Part shown: in pieces, positions 54,393-64,000 of the stretch
Numbering within the stretch: the first letter of the stretch is position 1
How the letters are laid out: each line of letters starts with the position of its first letter
NCBI RefSeq assembly: GCF_006345805.1
Contig: NC_043005.1
Span: 35,960,001 to 36,024,000, forward strand
Length of the DNA: 64,000 nt
Direction: 5' to 3'
Origin: Octopus sinensis
Lineage: Eukaryota
The notes under the pieces: model-generated
What the model was told of the DNA's origin: nothing
The model's database searches: none
Seen by the model: only the letters and a program-made list of their open reading frames with translations
Made by a program: the position numbers and the translations under genes

Positions 54393-55225
54393 GGTGCAAT
54401 GGCTAAATTATCGCCATCTTGTAGTTTTAATTTCGCGCATGCACATTGTTTGTCCATGATTTTGTCGGCTACACAGTAATATAGGGTCAGTTGCGCACCG
54501 TCTGTAAGAAAAACAGTAACATGACGCAATTCAATGCCCAAAATTTGGAAACGACATGATGTACCGCTCGGCATTCGCGCAGGAAGCTCCAATACGAACA
54601 TTTCAGAGTGTTTGGGTGTCAATTGTGCCAAAAGTGATAAAAATCAAACATCCAGTCAACATCATGGTGTTTGGGGTGATCACTAATTGTGTCGAAGTTA
54701 TGCCTCCATTCATCTTCCCACACGGCCTCAAACTCAACATGGAGACCTACATCAAATGCTTGGAAGAAGTACTGCTGCCCTGGGTCAAGAGGGTGGCTGT
54801 TGGAAGAACCTATGTTTGGTAACAGGACTCAGCACCATGACACACAAGCAGGAGAACCTACTCGTGGTTGTCAGACAATTTCTGCGACCGCATCACCTCT
54901 AACATTTGGCCACCTAACTCCCCAGACAGCAACTTCCTTGATTAATTTTATGTGTGGAGCGCAGTTGAGCGAGAGACCACCAAAACTCCTTGTAACACCA
55001 AAGATGAACTGAAGGCAAGGATTATAGCCACATTCACCAACTTAAACAAGGAGACCGTCCAGAAGAGTTGCAGGATATTCCGAAGTCATCGGGAGTCCGT
55101 GATGGAATCCAATGGCGATTTTATTGAATAAATCTACTCTTTAGTATTTCAAGATATTTTTATGTAACTTAAGTAAATATATCTGTTAAAATGAGATGTT
55201 AGTGTTATTTTCATTTTTGCGTAAT
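54391..55225 (+). mobile_element. maT (DD37D) transposon with left TIR and internal deletion
   Basis: Starts agggtgc (matches TIR cagggtgc of 52896); MPKIWKRHD...CLGV joined to VPKVIKIKHPVNIMVFGV; Q-D-SAP...SPDSNFL-D counted as 37 intervening residues. Confidence 0.88.
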
Positions 55226-55226
55226 A

Positions 55227-55261
<35 letters not shown>

Positions 55262-55424
55262 TGTATTTATGTATGTATGTATGTATTATGTATGTATGTA
55301 TGTATGTATGTATGTATGTATGTATGCATGTATGCATGTATGCATGTATGTATGCATGTATGCATGTATGCATGTATGTATGTATGTATGTATGTATTTA
55401 TGTATGTATTTATGTATGTATGTA

Positions 55425-55698
55425 TGTATGTATGTCGTTAGACGACATATGATGATTCGACAATTGCTTATCGAACAACCACACAGATGATTTGTTTGCA
55501 GTGATTAAATGTTTGTGTAGACATAAGCTCACTACCCCCATCAGATCGACATTACCTGTACAGGTTACAATGGGTGCCATATGTCAGATGTCGAAATGGT
55601 CGCAGAGCAGCGTGAAATGAAGTGCTTTGCTCAGAACACAACGCAACGCCCGGTCTTGGAATCGAACCTATGATCTCGCAACACCTTAACCATTAAGC

Positions 55699-55700
<2 letters not shown>
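55425..55700 (-). mobile_element. tRNA-derived SINE (family D)
   Basis: Minus head tggcttaatggttaaggtgttg...ggttcgattccaagaccggg followed by ttgtgttctgagcaaagcacttcatttcac. Confidence 0.65.
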
Positions 55701-55757
<57 letters not shown>

Positions 55758-55819
55758 ACACACATACACACACACACACACATTTCTCACAGAAATTCCA
55801 ACTTTGATTTTCACGTTTT

Positions 55820-55965
55820 ATTTACAATCTTATAATAATATAAACATAATATAATATAATATAATATAATATAATATAACATAATATAATATATATAATA
55901 TAATATAATATAATATAATATAACATAATATAATATAATATAATATAATATAATATAATATAATG
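55820..55965. repeat. (ATAAT)n pentanucleotide microsatellite
   Basis: Direct reading. Confidence 0.95.
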
Positions 55966-56319
55966 AAATGAGAGAATATTAAAAGTCTATTCTAATTGAA
56001 CTAGTACTTTCATGCATTAAACTATGCAATCTTCAGGTTCATTTAACAGTGGTGACGGTTATGTTTTACAGTTTACAACAGTTGTAAATTGTAAAACATT
56101 ACTGCTACCAATACTAAATGGACCTGAAGATTGCATATTTTTATGCATGAAAGTACTAGCTCAATCAGAATGGATATTTAATATTCTATCATTTCATTAT
56201 ATTACATTATTTTATATTATTATAAGATTGTAAATAAAACGTGGAAATCAAAGTTGGAATTTCTTTGTGTAATATATTCTTCTATACACAATCATACACA
56301 CCCGTGTGTATGTATGTGT

Positions 56320-56369
<50 letters not shown>

Positions 56370-56370
<1 letters not shown>

Positions 56371-56570
56371 TATATAAGGAGAATTCACGAAAAAAAACAA
56401 AAGACGAAGACAGGTGGTGTAGAAAACAAACAGATGTATTAGTAGTATAACGCTCGGGAATTGAAAAAGTCTTTAACGTTTCGAGCCTATGCTCTTGCAC
56501 AGAAAGGAACACAGAAAGAAACAAGGAGAGAAAAAAATGTGTGTAGTGGCTACCGATCTATCATGGCAAT
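56370..56570 (-). mobile_element. Second copy of the hammerhead-bearing terminal-repeat fragment
   Basis: Reverse complement of 53825-54045; motif at 56469-56507. Confidence 0.55.
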
Positions 56571-56582
56571 ATATAACTTCTT

Positions 56583-56760
56583 ATCTTATTATAATGAGCG
56601 TTATGTCCGTCTGTCTGTCTGTACCCTCTTCACGGTCGAACGGCTGGACCAATGGTCACGATATTTTTCGGGATTACGAAGGAAGTTATCAGGAAGATCT
56701 AAAAGAAAAATGTGAAAATCTATAATTATTTAGTGGAGATTGAGTTTTGTATTAATGAAC
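56583..56760 (+). mobile_element. Non-autonomous Helitron-like 5' end
   Basis: a|TCttattataatgagcgttatgtccgtctgtctgtctgt...gaacggctggaccaat, a layout typical of non-autonomous Helitron 5' ends. Confidence 0.5.
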
Positions 56761-57087
56761 CATCTTTGATTCTTTTCTGTTGTTGTTAAAAATCCGGTGA
56801 CGAGGATTAACTTCGGATTCCTCCGCCACCCCCGTATACTTCGTGAATTTAGAGAGTTTAGATTTGCGATACTATCCCTTTATTTCCCATAGTAAACGGG
56901 CAGATTCCTAAAGATTCCGCTTGCGCATTAACAATAAATAAGGCTCAGGGCTAGACTTTAGATCGTGTAGGTGTGTTTTTACCTACTCCGATTTTTACAC
57001 ACGGCCAGTTATACGTTGCAATGAGTAGAGCAACAGACTCCGGTAGTTTAAATAAGGAAATCTGTGAACTTTGAGTATATAAGAGTA

Positions 57088-59003
57088 CCGGAGGTTTCCG
57101 AAAATCCGCGCGGGGCTGTTAAATGGAAAATTCTTTTTTACAAAACTATTTTTTGGCTTAAATAACCGCCCACCTAAGATAAGCGCACATGGGTGGTAAT
57201 ATGGAAGTAAAATATTTCACCTAGGAAAAACAAAGATATTTTCGAAAACCATATTTATTTTATACAATTCCATTTGAACTTCTGTTGTTTCAGTTATCAG
57301 ATATATAAACATAAAGAAACTGAAACAGACTGAACAGAAGTAACATATTAAAATATATTCTGGAGTTAACAGTGCATCTATTGAAAATTAAACTGTTGAA
57401 AACATGTATGAACAAATAATGTCCTTGGGCATTTATGATAGAATAATAACCGAATTGTTTCAAGTTAAATATCAGGAATTCCTTCATTTGTTGCTTGGCC
57501 ATAATTCACATCAGAGCAAATTTAATTTACTTGTATCTCATCCTCTTCAATTTTGTCATTATGTGCATCTGGTGCATTTACCTCAAGGCCAGACAAAACA
57601 TCCTGTAAGAGTTTGTTTAAGAGGCTATGTTTTACAGTCTGTCCACGAGGAGGAATTCCACAACATTCAAAAGCACGCTTTATAGTTTCTTTATTTAAAG
57701 TGGCAACAGCTCGGGTCACAAAGTTCACTATCTCTTGATAAGAAAGTTTTTTGCGATATCCTTTATTTGCATACTTCTTTTTTGCCATTTGAAATCCAAT
57801 TCTCCCATTCAGCACGAAGGGTTTTCTTTAAAGGACCAACAATTGATACATCTAACGGCTGCAATTAAGATGTTATTTCAGGGGGTATAAGTTTGAGAAT
57901 TGTATTCCTACGTTTGAACACTTCTAGGAGCTGTTTTCTTGTGCACTGAGTATTCATCCATGAATAGCACTGAATCTTGAGCATGGAATAGTTGTGCCGT
58001 TCTCCGCCAAACACTTTGTCATCATAAGGCTGCATGAGTTCCTATGTGATTGATAGCCCGTTGGAAACTGTTAAGTAAATATTCTTTGGGACCTTGATTT
58101 TAGGCACGTTTTTCAATCCTTTAAGGATAATCATTGTTTTCAACACCTTTCCTGCAGCATTAACACGCAACACAGCAGTAAAACGAGCTTTGGTAGCACC
58201 ACAGTGACTAGCATCTACATTTTTATTGCCAACAAAGTCTATGGTTGTTGAACTCAACATGTCAACGTATACAGGTGTTTCATCTATATTATAAATCTGG
58301 TCAGCATCCCTATCTGCTGTTAATACTGGAATGCTATCTAGATAGTCACTGGCGATCTGTGCCTTTTCTCCAAGTGTTTTATTGTCTGCTGGACCAACAT
58401 GTGTAATCTTTCTCACAGTCAGTTTATTCCGTTTCATGAAACTGAAAATCCATTTATCAGAACATCTAAAGCTGTTCATTTCAATTCCAAACCTTTTTAC
58501 TAATTCAAAAGTATATTCCCGTAAACGGCGATAATTTACAATTATATTGTTTGCACGCTGAACAACAATCTACTGTATGAGTTCAACCTCTAGATCTCTA
58601 TGTGCTGGTCCTCTACCTCCACCAATTGATCTGCGCCTCCTCTTCTCTGACATGGATTAACTCAGTTTCTTTTGTGCACCATCCTCTTAATCGTTTTCTA
58701 TCAATATCTATCTCTTGACGTAGCAAATAAATTGCCAGAATGTTCTTTCACTCGTTTAATAGCACTCAATATTTCACTAATGGTATATGATCGTTGAACA
58801 CGTTTTGATATGTTTTATTTCGACTCCATTATTGGGAATAAAAATCCTTTGAATTTATCTACAGATGTAGAGCAAATGAACGTCTAAACAGAATGCAAAC
58901 AAGAACACAAACTCTGTTTCAACTTTTGACATCAAATAACTGCGCATCCAAATAAGCGGCCATGGGCGATCTAATGGATGGGCGGATTTTCGGAAAACTC
59001 CGG
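57088..59003 (-). mobile_element. Full-length pogo/Tigger-type transposon (1916 bp), TA TSD, transposase pseudogene
   Basis: TIR CCGGAG(G/T)TTTCCGAAAATCCGC at both ends; TA at 57086-57087 and 59004-59005; CENP-B-like HTH (SDKWIFSFMKRNKL), YNIDETP, FMD, LQPLDVS; in-frame stops. Confidence 0.93.
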
Positions 59004-59753
59004 TATAAACAACCGTAAAATAGTGTAAACAACTAAAATTAAAGTATATCTAAATAAAATTTTTTTCTTAATACGTTTTATGTAGTGGTCGAAGGAAGGT
59101 CTGGCTTTCGTTAGAAGAGGTCTACATGATCATTCATGATACAGAGGCTGGGAGCCGATTTTAGTTTGGGAGTGAATCGTCATCACATGTCCTTTAGTCG
59201 CAAACACATGTCATATAGTTGCAATAAAATGTTGTATCACCAAAAATAGTGTGATTTCTCTAAGACATCACTCAGTAATCTATCAAGTTCTTTTGACACG
59301 TTTCTCAATACGTACTGCTGTTATGACTTCCCTCATTTTATGCCTCCATCGTAGATGGGTAGATTCGCTAATATATATATATATATCACGTGACCGACCA
59401 GACCATCAGATGTTGCTACACATCGCTGGTCACAATGCCTTCGCATTGTTTTAGCCTTCAAATGACGACACCCCGCTGGCTAAGCGATCAGGCCAATATA
59501 TATAGGAGGCTCCTAGTAATAACAGTGTAGCGCAAAACGGCGGTGCATCAGCATGGCCGCAGCTCTGAGCTGAAACTTAAATATAATATGTGGCACTTGA
59601 TGAAGAATGGAGTTTGATATAGCTACCCTCATTTGCACCTCTTGCCGTGAGGTAGGCTCATCTGGGACTCTCGACAGGAAGAGGTTCAGCTTTGATATAT
59701 ATATATATATATATATATAAATACATTTATATATATATGTATGTATATGTATA

Positions 59754-59832
<79 letters not shown>

Positions 59833-60920
59833 CATTTATATATATATGTATGTATATGTATATGCATATATATATATATATATATATTTATAAATGAGGG
59901 TGAAAAATTTGATATTAATTTAATAATATCATCAATTTAACACCAAGTGGCTTAGCACATAAAAACCAGGGATACAATACAAATTTATACATAAATATGA
60001 GAGAGCGACCACTATGTGGTCTACTCTAGTGCTAAAAAATAGATCCACTATGGTATAGCCACTAAAAAGTTTTTTCCAAGGAGAAATAACATAACATTTA
60101 ACGTGGAGCAAGTGAAAAATAACCAAAAAATAGATTAACCCTGAACAATTGTTTCATTATTAATGTAAATGCAATTTTACTTACACAATATCCATAAATC
60201 ATCAGCAGGAGTTTGTCTTAAATACAATTTATTAAATCACTCGTAATATTTCTACGCAGCGCCAAAATACAAAAGCAGCAAATCGAAAATTCATAGCTAG
60301 TTCTTCATCAGTCAACGTTCAAAAGATCATAACAATTTCGCACCTTATGCATCTATACATACATACATGTATGTATGTATGTATGTATGTATGTATGTAT
60401 GGACATATATACATACATGTATATACACGCATACATATGTATATTGTTAGATAAATTCGTTCGTTTGTTTCTACTTGCCACATACGCGTACACGCTCGCG
60501 CCCACAGGAACACAGAAAACACCCTCCCCCACAGAAACAGGTGCTTATAGTTGGGAACACGTTTGATCATAGACTGTTTCGTCCAGGTTCGATTTGGAGC
60601 TAAAGCAGAACATATAAATCACCTACATATAGACACTATTACGTACTTTACTACCTACCTGCCTATGTACATAGTCATACACATACATACATACATACAT
60701 ACATACATACATACATACATACATACATACATACATACATACATACATACATACATACACACACACATACATACATACACACACATACGTACGTACATAT
60801 ATACTTACATCCACAGGTACACATTTATTCAGATATTTATCTATTTATACATGTGTGTGTCCGTGTATGTGTACACACACACACCCACACACACATATTA
60901 CAGGGTGGTAATAACATTGC

Positions 60921-60968
<48 letters not shown>

Positions 60969-61032
60969 ATATATACACACACATACACACACATACACTC
61001 ACAGACACACACCCACACACACACACACACAT

Positions 61033-61074
<42 letters not shown>

Positions 61075-61445
61075 ATCAAGTATCCGTTCACCTGACGCGT
61101 GCTCACAGACACATGCTAGATAGTCATTTCTCACCCATTTCAATAATTAAACAATTTTCAGCCTGCAGCCAACTACACTATAGTTACCTCTAATCGCTTC
61201 AACGCCATTTCTTTCTCCCCTCCTCCTTCTTCTACTCCTCTCCCTCCTTCTCCCGCTCCCTTACTTTCACTTTCGCATTGTTCTCCTCACTCACAGCATA
61301 GCTGCAATGACGCAGACCAGTGGACAATTCGCTTACATTGCCTTAACTTCTGATTGTTCAATCAACCATGCTTATTGTTCAGTTTAACAAGGAACATTGT
61401 CATATGCAGGGATTGACAATAGCTAATACATATCTCGTATATAAC

Positions 61446-61512
<67 letters not shown>

Positions 61513-61571
61513 GCCCTGATGCAGTATCAGGACTGGTTCTCATGGCTTTTGATCTTAACTGACTGGAAGTG

Positions 61572-62726
61572 AAGGCTGTAAATACATGGGCAGTATCATT
61601 ACTTAAATACTCAGCAGCTTTTGTAGATTGGACAAAAACTGAATTAGCAAAGTTAGTCAGAAGAGCTGGGAAGGAATTCAGTATGAATGGAGGACTCCAC
61701 CCAAGGGCAGGAGTAGCAAGATTACTGCTACCTAGAAATTAAGGAGCAAGTGGGTTAATATCAGTAGAAGACTGCGTGGAGTTAGCTAGCGTAGGTATAG
61801 ACTCCTATGTTGGTAATAGTGAAGAAAGTTTAATAAAAGCTGCTAGAGTCGTTGCAAGATATAGGCGAACCAAAACACCAAACGAAATTAAAACCCAGAA
61901 AACAGAACAAAAATTATCTGACTGGCAGGAGAAGGAGTTGCATGGCAGATTCCGAAAGATAGTTTCAGCAAATAGTAGTAGTGGGACATGGTTATGGCTG
62001 CAGAAAGGAAACTGAAGAGGGAGACAAACAGTTTGTTAGTAGCTGCACAAGATTAAGCATTAAGGACTAATTGTACACAAGCCAAGATAGACAAAAAACA
62101 AGTAGATTCTCAACGTAGATTATGTAGATCAAGAAAGGAAAGCGTTTCTCATATAGTAAGTAAATGTAGCATGCTGGCACAGAAAGAATACTAGAAATGA
62201 CCTGACAATGTAGGGAGATTAATCCACTGTGAGCTATGTAGAAAGCTAAGATTTGAACATACTGATAAATGGTATGCACATGAACCTAGTTAAGTACTAG
62301 AAAGTAAGGAATACAAGATGTGGGACTTTAACATTCTGAGTAAGTAGATAAAGAGAACAGAAAGTGCCAGATAGTTGATTTTACAGTTCCAAATGATAAA
62401 AAAAATAATACGAGAAGTATAGAATAAATAGCAAAGTATCAGGACGTAGCTATTGAATAACAGAGACTATGAAAAGTGTGGGTAAAATGTATTCCTGTAG
62501 TTATAGGTGCATTGGGAACTATCCCTAAAATCTGAACCGATGGATTAGAGGAAATAGGCATAAAACCTAGTTTAGTGCAGCTGCTGAAAACAGGATATTT
62601 AGGAGGGCTCTTGACATCTAAGGTTACTTGCTGTAACCCAATGGGAGGGTTCTTGGCATTTAAGGCTACTTGTTGTAGCCGGATGTTAAGATTCTTTTCT
62701 TTTCCAACAGTCTAATCTGTTAGGTG

Positions 62727-62730
<4 letters not shown>
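61572..62730 (+). mobile_element. R4/Dong-clade LINE 3' portion with (TAA)n tail
   Basis: VKAVNTWAVSLLKYSA..GLHPRAGVARLLLPR..GLISVEDCV; LHGRF..WLWLQKG; decayed CCHC and RLE region; VIGALG; tail 62730-62793. Confidence 0.88.
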
Positions 62731-62794
<64 letters not shown>

Positions 62795-62796
<2 letters not shown>

Positions 62797-63325
62797 GCTC
62801 TGATTCAGTACCAAGAAGCCCTCATGCAGTACCAGGATATTCTGGTAATTGGAAGTGTTAGCATGTACATGTTTTGTCTTGGTGTAAAAGATGGGCTACA
62901 GCAAATATTCTGTATAATACCGCAGATTTGCTGGTCAGTTGCTTGACCTTAACCAGTTGAGCATGTCGTTCTGAGAATACGTACATCTCTGACTATGAGC
63001 AGGACAGTGAGGGAGCATCATAATCATATTCATGTACTGAAAGGGGTTGTTTGGAGTTTGAATAATTGATCTCTACAAACATGTGTGTTTCGTTCATCAT
63101 CTTTAAACAACTCTTATTCAGGAACCTTTTGGGCGAGATGGGCTACTCGATCCGAAGAAAACTCTAACTGGGCCCCACCTGCAAGGTCGTGCGCAGTTTA
63201 TCTTGATATGAGATCACCATGCAGCGTGCATATACTTGTGATGCATGTGCCTGGTGTGCTCTTATAAGACGGGTATATTTGTACCCCAATGTCATTTTGA
63301 TGACATGCGCTGCTCTCTCACTCAA
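62795..63325. mobile_element. Second, more diverged copy of the ~600-bp (TAA)n-embedded element
   Basis: Collinear with 35465-36000; two degenerate terminal 21-mers; ends ctctctcactc(aat)n. Confidence 0.85.
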
Positions 63326-63339
63326 TAATAATGATTTCA

Positions 63340-63548
63340 AATTTAGGCACAAGGCCATCAATTTCGTGGTTAGTGGGGTAAGTCGATTACATCGACCCCA
63401 GTTTTCAACTTGTACTTGTTTTGTCGACCTCAAAAGGATTAAAGACAAAATCAACCACAGCGGAATTCGAACTCAGAACGTAAAGACGGACGAATTGCCG
63501 CTGAGCATTTTTCCCGGTGTGCTAACGATTCTGTCAGCTCGCCGCTTT
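63340..63548 (-). mobile_element. Family A SINE
   Basis: ggcacaaggcc tail through gattctgtcagctcgccgc head. Confidence 0.8.
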
Positions 63549-63566
63549 TCCTATCACTCAGTGCTG

Positions 63567-63659
<93 letters not shown>

Positions 63660-63679
63660 ATAATAATAATAATAATAAT

Positions 63680-64000
63680 AATAATTTCAGTCTTGCTGAG
63701 TTCTTTCATAATATCTTCTTTTGCTTCTATGATCTCTGTATTATTCAGCTCAAATTCTGTGTCATCTATTCTGGTGTTTTTGAACTAAGTCTACTTTCTC
63801 CTCTTTTTTCAAATATCTGTTCTTCACTATTCTTTCTTCGGCTTCCTCGCTGGGATATACTGCTCGTACACTGAGTTCTGTGCATCTGTTACCTATTTCA
63901 CCTGCATTGTAGCTGTTTTCGTTAACATGAGATATTTGAGTCCTAATTTGGCTAATTTCAGTGTCAGTTAACCTTTTATTCTTAACGATGTCTCTTTGTA
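63680..64000 (-). mobile_element. Probable R4/Dong N-terminal region fragment
   Basis: Minus strand QRDIVKNKRLTDTEISQIR resembles the R4/Dong N-terminal Q.R.I.KNK.L...E motif; abuts (TAA)n/(CTA)n. Confidence 0.55.

Overview
Repeat-dominated, AT-rich eukaryotic scaffold with one 100-N gap at 18086-18185. The dense (TA)n/(CA)n/(TATG)n/(TAA)n microsatellites and the tRNA-derived SINE set look like an Octopus (coleoid cephalopod) genome; this is inferred from repeat content, not from a database match. No intact multi-exon host gene is demonstrable, but three short minus-strand exon candidates (22411-22492, 4881-4908, 2310-2403) are phase-compatible and begin with a signal-peptide-like N-terminus. 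The rest is a layered record of mobile DNA: at least four SINE families, a CR1-group LINE, a CRE-clade LINE, four R4/Dong fragments, two HERO-type fragments, a Penelope element split by a Tx1-clade LINE, Helitron/HINE pieces, a full-length pogo, two DD37D (maT) mariner relics and two MITEs. Most notable: (i) a Tx1 element with both ends intact whose putative ORF1 start is fused in frame to the RT (no endonuclease), inserted inside a Penelope GIY-YIG motif; (ii) a ~600-bp (TAA)n-embedded non-coding element stacked twice with R4/Dong ends; (iii) a GG-terminal 8-bp-TSD MITE whose empty site is visible in paralogues in the same window; (iv) a CRE fragment bracketed by an inverted copy of its own 3' end. 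All translations and alignments were done by eye; many SINE boundaries are approximate.
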